Part shown: positions 40,837-54,285 of the stretch, piece by piece
How the letters are laid out: the number at the start of each line of letters is the position of its first letter
Position numbering within the stretch: position 1 is the first letter of the stretch
Assembly (NCBI GenBank): GCA_951406725.2
Contig: OX597822.1
Location: 70,060,001 to 70,124,000, forward strand
Direction: 5' to 3'
DNA from: Octopus vulgaris
Taxonomy: Eukaryota
Length of the DNA: 64,000 bases
The notes under the pieces: generated by a model
The model's input: the letters and a program-made list of their open reading frames with translations, nothing else
The model's database searches: none
What the model was told of the DNA's origin: nothing
Translations under genes and position numbers: made by a program

Positions 40837-42268
40837 TATTGGAGCCTGGTGCAGCCTCCTGGCTTGCCAGTCTCCAGTCAAACTGTCTAACCCATGCCAG
40901 CATGGAAAGCAAACGTTAAATGATGATTATATATATATATATATATATGAGGCAGGTTTCTACACAGTTTCCGTCTACCAAATTCACTCACAAGGCACTG
41001 GTTAAACTGGGGCTATTAATAGAAGATATTTTCCTAAGATGCTGTTCAATAGGACTCCAGCCGAAGCCATGTGATCGCAAAGCAAGCTGCTTAATCATTC
41101 AGGCTTATGCTCAAGCAGTACATGCTTGGCCATTTCTCTTGAGACTTCTATTTCGCAGCATGTTGTCTATTGAACTACCGTTTTAATTATATTGGCATAG
41201 CTAGGAAATTGAACCTGGTTTGCTCTGTGTAGTAGATTTTATTCATATGATAATATTATATAATGTGATTCATGTTAAATGATTGTCAACAAGAACTGTA
41301 TCTGATGTCTCTTCTCTGTCATCTACATATGGCTGTGGATTTAGTTGTTTATCATTCATTGCATAAAATTATGTCTAAAACTTTAGTAACCCAGTATCCT
41401 AAAATGATATGGTTCGTATTCCAAAAATGTTGTGAAATAATTTCATGTCAGACTGAGAGAAAATTGTGATTTACTTGATTGCTTGAATTCCTTACAAAAT
41501 GATTTTAACTTATGAGGATTGTTGAAAAATGTTTGGGAATTAGTTTCTAATTTATGAAATTTCCCTACTGGATTTTGGTTTCTGGATTAATGACGACATA
41601 TTTAGCTTGGAATTCCATACATTTCATATGTTTTATTTAGTTATATTAGTTTATATATATTAGATGTTATTCAGAGAAATATTATTTCTCTGAAATTCTT
41701 TGGTTACTCACGTAATGTTCAGAATTTTTCTCTCTACAGTTGCTATTTTGTGTCATTCATTTGAAATATTTTCCACTCACATACTAATTCAATGAGTAAA
41801 AAGAAACAAAAAATTTACCTTTTTTTAATGGTTTTTGTACTTCCTTGGGTAGTAGACTTTTTGCTTTTATTATTTTTCTTGAGCCCTAGGACTCATAAGT
41901 TTTCCATGATCATATTTCCCTTGAATGACATCCCTATTTATTGTAGGATCCAAGGCCAGCAATTTTGAGTGGAGGGGACAAGTCAGTTACATTGACCCCA
42001 GTATTTGACTGGTACTTATTTTATCCACCTAGAAGGGATGAAAGGCAGAGTTGATCTCAGTGGGATTTGAACTCAGATAGTAAAAAGTCAGAAGAAATCC
42101 TAATATGCTAACAACTCTGCCAGCTTGCTGCTTTAGACTTAACACAAGTTATATAAACTTAATCTTTCATCTGATTTTATACTGACATCTGACATCTTGG
42201 GTATCTTTTAATGGGGGTACCTTTTAGTGTAGTTGACCATGTTGCAAGCATTTAGGCCAGACCTCTAG

Positions 42269-44300
42269 CCCTTTCATTATTATATTTCTAACTAAAACAC
42301 ATGCTTTTGAGTTTCAATTAAATTCTAAAATAACCATGAATTTAGACTGGTTTCATTAAACAGCTGTAACTTTTTTTATTAATTGACATATTAATGTGAT
42401 TTTTGGAGCACAATTGAAGAAAAGGTTCTTAATTCTATTGCGTAACTTTTGTCTCAGTAACTAATTACAGGCAAGTTAAACGAAATATAGAAATATTTAA
42501 ATTTTGTTTAAACATCACCAAAGAAAATGAGTTATCAGCTAATATTCAATTGGGTATGCAACAAAATTTTAATATAGAAAAATTGTGCACATCACTAGAT
42601 TATTAATTAAATTTAATGCACATAAGAACAGGTGTACAATAAAGGTAAAGTAAAATGAAATACTAGAATTTGTTTTTGAAGAAAACTAGAAAATGAAATA
42701 CATCAGCTAAATGAAATAAATTCACACACATACATGAATACACAGAAACAAATATAATAAAGATTTACAATAGATATTAAACCAAAACTTGTCACTCACC
42801 TTACAGACAAATTAAAATTACAGGTAAATAAAAAGTAAAAATGAAGTTAATTTGAAAAATATTTTAAAATCAAATCATACATATATATACCATTTGTACA
42901 CAATTTCTGTCATGGAAACTTGTAAAACTCTACATAATACAACCTTGCAGAATGCACATTGGAAAGAAATTTCTACTGGCCATTGTCTGGGAGTTTTCCT
43001 TTGTTGATGTAGACGTTGATGGCACTGCTTTTTGTGACCCTCGATATTTTTTCTAATTTATGGAGATCAGTTGAATTCAGAGGGATGACTCTCTGACAGG
43101 CTTTGGTTTTCCTTCCTACAGTTATTATTATTTTTTTTTTGAGGAATTAATCTGCCCTCAACTGCGTTGCTACATCTTGGAACTGCAGATGGTTGCGCTG
43201 CTTTCGAGCCCCTTCTGATTTGGTATATAATATAAACAATACTCATATTTACTACATGCCAAACTAGGCATTGTCGCCATTTATTGCCTAGTCTACCAAC
43301 CAGATAATTGCTCATCATTTGATTTAGCTGATCTACACTGTCCATGTACCTGTTATAATTGAGGTTTACAAATGGCATGCCATTTTCATCTACAAATGGT
43401 TGTGCACAGGTAGATAGAAAATTTATCTGCCTCTTATCTCTATGCAGTTGCTAGCAGATTTCCTTTTCACCATTGGATTATTTCATCTCTTTTTTTTTTT
43501 TATACATGTCCAATGGCAGCCCTTTTCTATGACCAATTACTGTCAGCACACATATATGTTGTTACAGCTTCTAATTCTAAATCCACCAGAAGTTTGACCA
43601 AACTAAAAAAATCAGTCAAAAAATAATATACAGCCCTGGTTATGGTATGGAAGTGTAAATTCCAGACCACATTGTACCTTAGGTCATACTAAGTTACATC
43701 AGTGTCCCTTTTCCCTGTATAAGAACTAAACCCACAATAGTATTTTGTATTTGCTTCGCAAATCTTCCAACTTTGATACACTACTCTATGGGTTTTCCTG
43801 GCAAATATTGTCAGAAATGTACTCTACCTTTGCACCCATTATATAACTTTTATTCTCTTCTGTTTTATATTGATATGCTCATTGCATTTTCATTCTTCTC
43901 TTCTGATTTACAAATTCAGTGTGCACATATGCATTGCATGTTCATACTTCTCCTTCTGGCTCCTACTCAAAACCATTTACAGATCACAACCATCTCATGA
44001 ACCTGTGCTCATGAGGAGCGCTTCGTGCTCTGATGGTTGTGAAGAGTCACCAAAGAGAAAATGTGGAATAAAATCTCCCAAAATTCGCAGAGCTCAGATA
44101 TCACGTCAAATAATGTCGGATAGTGTAACTCGACTATTTACAGAGTAAAATCATGTGTTTTCACGAATATACTAACAAGATAGGTGCTGAAATTCACATT
44201 TAAATATGAATGGGTTGACTCGGCCGTCTACGGCCGGATTGGTCATTAGAGCCAAAAAATATTTTTTCAGCTGTCTATGGCTGGGTTGGTATCGAAAGAT
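42269..44300 (-). mobile_element. Decayed piggyBac transposon (PGBD4-like transposase pseudogene with termini)
   Basis: Minus-strand fragments: KGRVHF*QYLPGKP, KICEANTKYYCGFSSYTGK, YHNQGCILFFD*FF, YNRYMDSVDQLNQMMSNYLVGRLGNKWRQCLVWH and C-terminal Cys-rich KQCHQ...FQCAFCKVVLC. Ends CCCTTTC(42269) and GGTTGGTATCGAAAG(~44298); subterminal direct repeat at 44221-44243 / 44268-44290. Confidence 0.88.
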
Positions 44301-45906
44301 AACATCTTTCCTTCTTCCTGTCAATCTCTAAGGTTATGAAAAGTGTCACTACACTTCCTCAAAAAAGTTGGAATAGTATATTTTTATTACTGGATGCTCT
44401 TTAATTTACTAACTCATTGCATTATGGAGTTCTTGCTCTTTTTACCAAGTGTCAGAGTATCTTACTTAGCTTTAGCTTCAGTACTTTCACTTGAAGTATT
44501 TTGATTTACTCAAGCTATCTTTACTAAGGAAAGTATTAATTTTGAAGGGATGTCTAGCTTTCACTTCCGCTTTTCCATGGCTGTGTGCTAAAAAGTATGC
44601 TTCCCAACTGCATGATTTTGGTTTCTGTCACACTGCATGGCACCTTCTATAATCTCGTGATGACCGGAGCCTTGTGAGTGGATTTGGCAGATGGAAGCTG
44701 AAAGAACCTTGTTATGTGTATGTATGTATGTGGATATATATATATATATATATGTTTGTGTGTGTTGCTGTCTCTTTGTCGTGATATCGCATGGTAGTTG
44801 TATGTGCATTGCAATCATGCTAGGGTTGTCCTTCATTTCCAAGACATGTCTGGCCATGGGGAAATATTACCCTACTTGGAAACAGATGAGGGTTGGTGAC
44901 AGGAAGGACATCTGGCTGTCTGGCTGTAGAAAATCCACCTCAACAAATTCTGCCCTACCCATGCAAGCAAGGAAAAGTAGATGCTATGACAATGATGGTG
45001 ATGATAATTAAATCGCAGAACACAACCTCAATCATGTAAAGGATCTCTTGAAAGAAACCAAAACAAAACAAACACTATGATTCATCCATTTCTGTTGATT
45101 CTATGACTTTACTTACCAAACAGGTTTTTTTTTTTAAATGTCTGCCTGACAGTTTATTCCAAAGACTTGATTATGGTGAACTTCTCTCTAACTCAACAGG
45201 GTAGTTTTTGCTTCATTGTTTGTTGGTCTAGTTTTACTTTGTTAAATACCAACTGGACTTTTTGTGGAGCTATAAACTAGGTAGCTAGTTGTCTCTCTTT
45301 CCTTTTTCTTTATCTTTTTTTATTTAGTTTTATTTTTTTGTTTACCTTTGACAGTTCTTTTTTGGTCAATGTGACATTTTCGTATACAGCACATCTCTAA
45401 TTCTATCGTGTTTATTTAGAGATTTATTTCACATCTTTTCAGTTAGTTACATACATATATATATATATATACTCTGTTTAGTTTACCCACTAGATCATCA
45501 TCCTTATTGGGATGTAGCTGCCAGCGTATTGGCCTTATCTTAAACTAGATCATGGTGATTAATTTTACATGCTAAATTATTTAAATAAGTTTTTATTATA
45601 TGTATTTTTTCTGAATTTTTTCCTTTTTTAATATGATTAGTTCTTAATATGTCTACCAAGGTGAAGGCATCCAGTTAACAGAATCATTAGTGCAGGGGTT
45701 TTCAACTGGGGTGTCATGACACCCTAAGGTCTCACAGACAGTTTAGTTTAGGGGTATCACAGGATTTCTTTTGGAACTTTCATTTTTTTCTATTGGAGTA
45801 AAAAATAAAGAAGGGTGTCACATACCCTAAGTATAATGAAAGAGGGTGACAAGCTCAGAGAAACATTGGAAAGTATTGTGCTGATAAAATACCTCATGGT
45901 ATTTAA

Positions 45907-46117
45907 TCCTTTTGATACCAACGCACTCTTAGTTCTGTATACAAACTCCTTCTTTTAAAGTGATCTAAATTAAAACCTACCTATGAATTTCCATGTTAAT
46001 TTATGTTCCAAATAATGTCTTTATAATGGTAAAATTATTTTACTAAATTGCTCATTATTTTCAAAATCATTTGAAACAAAGGCTGTGTATTTCAACAGAA
46101 ATTTTGTCAGAAGAGGG
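45907..46117 (-). mobile_element. piggyBac-type MITE (same family as 46807-47028, opposite orientation)
   Basis: TTAA|TCCTTTTGATACCAAC ... GAAGAGGG|TTAA. Confidence 0.8.
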
Positions 46118-46806
46118 TTAATTATGGCCCTTCACATCCAGAGTTCTTCAATTCTTGTTGAGATCAACTTTGCCATTAATTCTTCTAGGGATGATGCATT
46201 GGAATACCATTCAAGTACTGGATGCTTCTCAAATTCAGTGGTGGAAAAAAGGGTATCAGTGCATTAAAGCTTATGGGAGGTCCAACTTGGCCTATAGGAT
46301 CTGGGGTGATTTCTTTTTTTTTCTAAACTTTTTTTTATAAAGTATGTCTTGTATGACATCAAACCCACTATATTCCAAATTTGCAACCTTGAACCTATTT
46401 TTAAAATCCTTGTTTCTGCTAATGTGTCATGTAAACTTTGACAAGAAATTCTCGAAAGAACTTCCAAGTTTCTTCTCTTTTATTCCTAGTAGCAACAGCA
46501 TTACACTTATTCTCTTGTAAATAAGTTGGGTAGTTGGGGCACCTCTTAAGACTGTCATCTTCATGTAATAGATGAAAAATAAACAAATTATCTGTTTTGA
46601 GTGAGGTAAACATAAACACAGGCATAGACACAAGGCATGCAGGTAAAGTAAGGATTCTTTTTAGTATTGCTGGAGAAGAGAAAAACCTTGTGGTGTGGGT
46701 GAATGGATGGAGACAATGAAGGTCATAACTTTTTAGACTTGCTAGGGTCTAGACAGTATGTCTATTACTGGAGTTATAATTAAATGCAACAAGTACACAC
46801 AGTTAA

Positions 46807-47028
46807 CCCTCTCGTTACCATGTTTATTTTGAGATGCTCTGTGTTTCTTTCAATTGATTTTAAAAATAACGAAGAATTTAGTAAAATAACTTAGTTATCA
46901 TTAAGCTAGTGTCAGGAACATAAATTGTGACTAAGGTTTGGTGGAAGATTCTAATTCAGAACTTTTGAAAACAAGACATTTGTGCTACAGAGCCAGGGGT
47001 GGTTTCAGCCAGGTTGGTATTGAAAGGG
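46807..47028 (+). mobile_element. piggyBac-type MITE, 222 bp
   Basis: TTAA|CCCTCTCGTTACCA ... TGGTATTGAAAGGG|TTAA. Confidence 0.9.
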
Positions 47029-47059
47029 TTAAGAATCGTTTCTCGATTATATATTTTAA

Positions 47060-47281
47060 CCCTTTTGTTACCATATTTCTGTTGAGATGCTCTGTGTTTC
47101 TTTCACTTTATTTTGAATATAACAAAGAATTTAGTAAAATAACTTAGTTATCATTAAGCTAGTGTCAGGAACATAAATTGTGAGTATGGTTTGGTGGAAG
47201 ATTTTAATTCACAACTTATGAAACCAAGACATTTGTACTACAGAGGCAGAGCCGGTTTCAGCCAGGTTGGTATTGAAAAGG
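47060..47281 (+). mobile_element. piggyBac-type MITE, 222 bp (second tandem copy)
   Basis: TTAA|CCCTTTTGTTACCA ... TGGTATTGAAAAGG|TTAG; highly similar to 46807-47028. Confidence 0.9.
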
Positions 47282-47759
47282 TTAGAGTGGTTGGCATCAA
47301 GTCATAGATATTCTGTGGAAAATCCAATGTGCAAGCAAGGCATTTTTAACAAGAACAGACCATGATTATCCATCCAACCCATGCCAGTATGGAAAATGGG
47401 CATAAAAGGATGATGATGTTTGGTATAGTACATCTGCTTTTCCATGGATTGGATGTTTTTCTGTGGCAGTGCCCTTTTTGTCATAAACACTTTTAGTCAC
47501 CTCCTATGACATGGAGAAGTACAGTGTACCTACTTTAAAACTGGGAGACACAATGTGTCGTCTGTGTGTGTATTTGTATTAATTTTTGGATAATTTAAAC
47601 TGTATGACATTAGGTATGCACAATTTTAATCTTGCCAAAAATTGCAAGGTGCTTACACCATATGTTTTTATCCCTCTGTACATTGGAAAAGTAATATTAG
47701 AAACAGACTAATCCATCCTCAGTCTATGAAAAGATTAGTAGTAGCTTATATGCACACAA

Positions 47760-47965
47760 GTGTATACAAACTAGGACCCAGATAAACTGGTCTATGTAAT
47801 CCATAGAAAAGCATACACACTAACAACATGAGTTAATTAATTTAGTGTACTACATAGCATTTTTGAATAATTAAATTACAATTGAATTGATTAATCCATG
47901 TTGTCAGTGCATGCTCTGTTATGGAAGTTAGACTGACCAGTTCAGCTGAGTCTCAACTTGCACAT
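47760..47965. repeat. Old imperfect inverted repeat (~85-bp arms)
   Basis: AACTGGTC...TCCATAGAAAAGCAT...CACTAACAACATG pairs with CATGTTGTCAGTG...ATGCTCTGTTATGGA...GACCAGTT. Confidence 0.65.
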
Positions 47966-49165
47966 TCTATAAACAACTGTAAGGTATGAATATCTGCAAG
48001 GACAGATGATAGGTAGTCTTTCTCTTATGAAATCTTTAAGAAGACGAGAAACTTATCAGATAGATCCCACTTCTTCTGTACACAAACAGTTATATTCTGT
48101 GTTCTTAACCATTTAGTTTACCTTTACACTGACTCCAAAATTGTATTTAAGAAATACTCTGTGTGTGTGTGTGCATGTAATATGTATATATATATGTGTG
48201 TGTTTGTATATATATATATATATACACATATATATGGGAGGTGCAATGGCCCAATGGTTAGGGCAGCGGATGCGTGGTCGTAGGGTTGTGGTTTCGATTA
48301 CCAGACCAGGCGTTGTGAGTGTTTATTGAGCGAGAACACCTAAAGCTCCACGAGGCTCCGGCAGGGGGTGGTGGCAATCCCTGCTGTACTCTTTCGCCTC
48401 AACTTTCTCTCACTCTTCTGTTGGCCTGCTCACTTAGCCAGCGGAGTGGCATCATTTGAAGGCTAAAACAATGCGAAGCGCATTGTGACCAGTGATGTGT
48501 CGCAACATCTGATAGCCTGGTCTGTCATGGTGATCACAGTGATATATATATATGATAGTAATAGCTATAGTAAAGTATATACGATAATATCAAAGATAAT
48601 CATCATCATCATCGTTTAGTGTCCTTTTTCCTTGCTGGTATGGATTGGACAGTTTGGCATGTTCTGAGGGAGCTGTCCACACTCCAACTGTTTGTTGTGG
48701 CATGGTTTCTATGGCTGGATGCCCTTCTTAATGCCAATTATACAAAATAAAAAGAATATGAAGGTGTATAGCCTAGTGGTTTAGCTGTTGGGCTTATGAT
48801 TATAAGGTCATAGTTCATTTCCTAGGCTGGTGGTATGTTGTGTCTTAGAGCAAGGCTCTTCCTTTCACCTCTACTCTACTGAGCTCTAGCCAATTCTTTC
48901 TTTCCAGAAGTTTTTATGTCTAGTTGCAACTTTATAGGCAGCTAAGACAATTAGTAAAAGAAAGCATGGTGCATGCAACTAAGCCATAATCACTTGTGAG
49001 TAATGGCTATGGTTTTTATGTACATAACTAGAGCTAGGTTAATAAGAAAGTAGATAGAAACATTGAAGAGAATCGAACTGTGCATCTCTTCTTGATCTGT
49101 CAAGTGCAGTAATTTTCGCAGTAAAGGTATGTTACCATTTTCTCTTTTAAGTTAAGTACACATAT

Positions 49166-49345
49166 TACTCTTTTACTTGCTACAGTCATTTGACTTCGGC
49201 CATGCTGGATCACTGCCTTTAGTTGAACAAATTGACCCCAGGACTTATTCTTTGTAAGCCTAGTACTAACGGTCTCTTATGCTAAACTGCTAAGTTATGG
49301 GGATGTAAACACACCAGCATTGGTTGTCAAGCGATGTTGGGGGGA

Positions 49346-49411
<66 letters not shown>

Positions 49412-49582
49412 CATATATAAGATGGGCTTCTTTCAGTTTCCATCTACCAAATCCACTCACAAGGCTTTGGTCAGCCCGAGGCTATAATAGAAGACACTTG
49501 CCCAAGGTGCCACGCAGTGGGACTGAACTTGGAACCATGTGGTTGGGAAGCAAGCTACATACCACACACCCACTCCTGCGCC
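49166..49582 (-). mobile_element. Full-length family-A SINE
   Basis: Same head, CORE-like box and tail as 10184-10562. Confidence 0.88.
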
Positions 49583-50229
49583 ATTTAACATATATGTTTA
49601 TTTACTTAGCAATTTATTTCCCTCTTCATTCAGTAACTTCTGCCATACAAGTCATTTAGAATTTGTTTAGCAATTTAGTAAGACCTAAGATGGTTACTTG
49701 TTAAGGACTTCATTGTAAAGTTTTCTTGTTAATAAATTGTTTGCTAGTGGGGAGGTGCAGACATGGCTTTATGGTAAGAAGTTTGCTTCCCAACCACATG
49801 GTTCTGAGTTTAGTCCCACTGTGTGGTACCTTGGGTAAGTGTCATTTACTATGGCCCTAGGTTCACCAAAGACTTGTGAGTGGATTTTGTAGATGGAAGC
49901 TGAAAGGAGCCCATCATGTGTTGTGTGTGTATGTTTGTATGTGTGCGAAAACAAGTCTGACCATGTGGAAATATTACCTTGCTTGGAAACAAGTGAGGGC
50001 TGGTGACAGGAAGGGCATCCAGCTGTAGAATATGCTTCAGTAAACTCCATCTGACCGATGCAATCATAGAAAAGTGAACATTAAATTGAAGATGATGATG
50101 TATCACCTTCAATCTCAGTGACTACCAATTTGGTTTCTATAGAGACATCATGCAGGGACTGACTTTCAAGTGTTACTCAGTAGTGGTGAAGTGGTCTTGC
50201 ATCTTGAAAAACTTCAGTGATAGCAATGT

Positions 50230-50800
50230 TGTCATTTTTGATTGTCTAACTTGAAAATCTTCTGTTCAAGTTGTGTAACTATAATCTCCTTCTTTCATAC
50301 TTTTGATGGGAGGTTTCCTGACAGACTGCTCTAGCATAGCGTTAGAATAGGAGAACAGTCTCTGGCCAACATTCTTTTAACTTTGGTTTGTTTCAAGATT
50401 TGGCTACATCCCCTGTATTCTTTCTTTCTACATTAATAACATGTTTACTATTGCTTCCAACCAGTCTAAAATGTTGCCACCTTCACTCATATGTAACCAT
50501 CTCTATGCAAGCTCTACTTTTGTTAACAGGAACCTTGAAAATATATTGCAATAAGGTTTTGTTAGCTTAGTCTCATTTAACATATATCAGAGAAGCACTT
50601 GTAACCCATTACTGCCTCTCTGCTTGGGAACTACATACAACTAAAATATTCCCAATCTCCACAAAATCGAAACCTCACAATTTTTATCTCGGACTTATTT
50701 ATAACCTGGCTAAAACTGCTCCCCAAAGGTCTGAGACCTTTCCTGTTGCATAACCACAGACCAAAATTGTGCTCTACATTGAAATACTGCCCATATATCT
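50230..50800 (-). pseudogene. Very decayed non-LTR RT fragment (RTE-like)
   Basis: QVINKSEIKIVRFRFCGDWE resembles QLIEKSREK...LCFVDLEK, and NAMLEQ resembles FNIYLEx; heavily frameshifted. Confidence 0.3.
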
Positions 50801-51063
50801 GGAACAGTGTAGCTTCTACTATACCTGCTAACATTCTTGGTCATTACCAAAAAAGGCTTTCTGATTGGTTGGAAAACTTCACATTATCTTCTCTCTGACT
50901 CCTTTTTTTGCTTCTCTGGTAGTTCCCCATTTTTCGGAACTTGCGGGTTGTTAATTCTCTATCTAAGTCTGTTTGATACACCTTTTACTTGTCATCTTGA
51001 TTGTACTTTATGCCCCAAAACCTATGCAAAAACCCCCTCTTTTCTTTCTGTTTCCATCTTTAA

Positions 51064-51287
51064 CCCTTTAACATTTGAACCAGCCATTTCTGGTCCAAAT
51101 ATTATTCTACTTGTTTTGTGTTCAAACTGGCCAAATTGGGTCTCTCGCACCTACCTTAGGATGTCATTCTAAAAATAAACAGTCACATCATCAAAATCTC
51201 AAAGCTTATAGTGTAATGCATAATTAATTCAAAACAATGTGAATAAATAAGCATTACATTTGACAAAGGAATCTGAATGCTTAAGGG
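51064..51287. mobile_element. Second piggyBac-type MITE family (remnants also ~34620-34860, ~37845-37965)
   Basis: TTAA|CCCTTTAACATTTG ... CTGAATGCTTAAGGG|TTAA. Confidence 0.85.
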
Positions 51288-52192
51288 TTAAACTGAAATT
51301 CACTTCTTTGTTAATTCTGTTTGTCAGTCTAACTTGTGCAGTCTTTCAGTTATGAAAGTATTATAGCAGTTACTATTATAAAGAAAATATTGTTCGTGTA
51401 TAACAAGGAGAACTAATCAATATGAATACTCTTTGTTTCTCTTTCCCGTTTTATTATTTTATGACATGGTCTTGCTTATAAATGTTTAATATGTGGTTGA
51501 TTGACCTGCTAGAAATAGTAGCCAAATCTTCCTCAAATCACACACTACTTTCTTCAACTAGGAAAGAGCACATTGGAAATGTCATCCTATGCATGCATTA
51601 GATAGTGTCCTATACAAATGGAAGAGGTAAAACATTTATTACATAAACTAAGAGAAAACTGCCCAGAGGGTAGTGTTTTTCTTAGTTTAATTAAAAAGTT
51701 GTTATAAGTACATGTATATATATACACTACAAACCTACTTCGTGGGGGAGAAATTCTTATTGTCCTGTAACAATTTTGAGCTAGGTGCAATACAATCTAT
51801 TTTTAGTTAGCCTATTTTTTTTTTTTTTTTAAGAATTCAGGCCTTAATTGTTCAGATTCATTTTGATGTAGTATTACTCCTATAGTAAAGAGAAAGTATT
51901 TTAATTGGTACAGATAAGAACCACACCACAAGAATCATGACCATTTAGTTTATGACAAAGGAAACTTGAGCCTCTTCTATCATAATTAATATCCAACAAT
52001 TTGCTACCCTGACACAATTTTTTTTCTTTTTTGTAACCAAATTCTGATAAGCTGAACATAAAATGTATTAAGTTTTTGATGTATTTCAGATGTTGTAAAG
52101 CTTTCACATTTCAAGTTTATATAGTTCACACATGTTGGAGGTCATTGTATTTCTTTTAATGGTACATTCTAGTTTGATCATTATCATCAGTA

Positions 52193-52590
52193 TACTCTTT
52201 TCTCTTTTACTCTTTTACTTGTTTCAGTCATTTGACTGCGGCCATGCTGGAGCAGCACCTTTAGTCGAGCAAATCGACCCCGGGACTTATTCTTTGTAAG
52301 CCCAGTACTTATTCTATCGGTTTATTTTGCCAAACCGCTAAGTGACGGGGACGTAAACACACCAGCATCGGTTGTCAAGCAATGCTAGGGGGACAAACAC
52401 ACACACACACACACAAATACACATATATATGACAGGGTTCTTTCAGTTTCCGTCTACCAAATCTACTCACAAGGCATTGGTTGGCCCGGGGCTATAGCAG
52501 AAGACACTTGCCCAAGATGCCACGCAGTGGGACTGAACCCGGAATCATGTGGTTGGTTAGCAAGCTACTTACCACACAGCCACTCCTGTG
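52193..52590 (-). mobile_element. Full-length, relatively young family-A SINE
   Basis: Retains many CpGs; (AAAAGAG)n tail; A and B boxes. Confidence 0.9.
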
Positions 52591-53153
52591 AACTATTCTT
52601 TGGAATAAAAATTGCTATAAACCGAATCTACTCCCAGTTGTGGACATTTTGCTTTACTTTCATTTTTAAAGTACCTGAAAATGTTCTTTTCTTTATATAC
52701 CAAAACCTTTTCTTTTGCCTCTGTAAGAAATATATTTTAAGTTAATATCGGACTGACTGTTAGCTTAAAAGGCTAGTAGATTAAACCCTGCTACAATCAT
52801 TATATTGTATCTCCTAAAGTAGGTAAAATTGCTCCTATTTATTAAGAAAAAAACCACCTGGCTTTGAAAATATATGCTCTAATAATTCATATTTTCATAT
52901 TAGAATGAGTGAATGATAGAGAAAAATAGCTATTTTATTAATAATTTGCACTCTAAGAAATTGTTTCTTCCTTTTCATTCTTACATGGTTTATGAAATAA
53001 ATACCAGTTGAGCTTGGATTGATGTAATCGGCTAGCCCCTTACCCCATAAATTTCATGTCTTGTACCTATATTAAAAAGGATTATTATTATTATTATTAT
53101 TTTTGTAGTTATTATTATTATTTTTTTGTTGTTGTAGTTATTATTATTATTAA

Positions 53154-53516
53154 TATTACTGCCGACTTAGTGAAGTAAGAGGTATTGTTTTCAGTCGTGT
53201 TTGTTTGTCTGCGGACAAGATATCTCAAAAACTGCTGGATGGATTCGGATGAAACTTTCAGGGATGTTTGGCCTTGTGACTGGCATGAACTGATTAGATT
53301 TTGGGATCGATCTGGTACCAGACAAGGATTCTGGATTATCTTTTCTGTTTTTTACTTAATTTTTGAGGGTGGTTGGGTTCATTTTTAGTATTCTCTTTTG
53401 TGAGAACAGTTGAGTTTATTTCAGATATTCTCATTTTAAAAATCATCTCTGGCTAATTGTTGAGAGGATGTTGTTGTTGTCTTGGCAGAGGTTAGCGTTC
53501 TCTGGGTGCTCTTGTT
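53154..53516 (+). mobile_element. Non-autonomous Helentron-type element (HINE/DINE-1-like)
   Basis: Starts TATTACTGCCG, then GTTTGTTTGTCTG microsatellite, ATCTCAAAAACTGCTGGATGGATT...ATGAAACTT core; ends GGCAGAGG-TTA-GCGTTCTCTGGGTGC hairpin-TCTTGTT in a T-rich site. Confidence 0.72.
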
Positions 53517-53751
53517 ATTATTATTATTAAGGTGGTGTGCTGGTAGAGTCATTTGTAAGTTGGACAAAATACTCTTTTCTAGTTTTTTATGTTCTGTGCT
53601 CAAATACTGTGGAAGTCAACTTAGCTTTTCATCTTTGCAGGGTGAATAAAATAAAGTACCAGTCAAGTACTGGAGTCCACATAATTGACTACCATCCCCA
53701 CTGATCTTTAGCCAAAATTTGAAAGAACATCAGTAGCAGCAGCAACAACAA

Positions 53752-54036
53752 CGTTTTCTTTTATTAGTCACAAGGGCCCAAGGCATGGAAGACAGTATTG
53801 AAGGACAAGTTACAGCACAAAAAGTTACAAAAACATGTAGGGTTAACACCAGTCAAGGGGAGATACTACCACATTAAAGGATATAACAGAGGATATATAA
53901 TAGAAAGTAGAGAAATAAATAATAAATAGAATCCCCAATAGTGGGGCAGTCCACTTAGGGTAATCCGGAGTAAACCCCACACAAAAATCCTGGATTCTTC
54001 TGCCATCTCCAAAGCATGGGAAAGTGTCCTCTTCCA
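53752..54036 (-). mobile_element. 3' end of a non-LTR element (possibly L1/Tx1-like)
   Basis: Minus strand ends ...TTGTCC...GGGCCCTTGTGACTAATAAAAGAAA, similar to the family-B SINE tail GCCCCTTGTGGGCAATAAAGAAA. Confidence 0.45.
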
Positions 54037-54039
54037 GAA

Positions 54040-54251
54040 TAATAATAATCCTTTCCACTAAAGGCACAAGGCCTGAAATTTGGTAGGTAGAGGACTAGTC
54101 AATTACATCAACCCCAGTGTTTCACTGGTACTTAATTTATCGACCCCGAAAGGATGAAAGGCAAAGTCAACCTTGACAGAAGTTGAACTCAGAACGTAGT
54201 GATGAATGAAATGCCACTAAACATTTTGCCCGGCATGCTAACAATTCTGCC

Positions 54252-54252
<1 letters not shown>
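54040..54252 (-). mobile_element. Family-B SINE
   Basis: GACTTTGCCTTTCATCCTTTCGGGGTCGATAAATTAAGTACCAG body with GGCCTTGTGCC tail. Confidence 0.85.
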
Positions 54253-54283
<31 letters not shown>

Positions 54284-54285
<2 letters not shown>

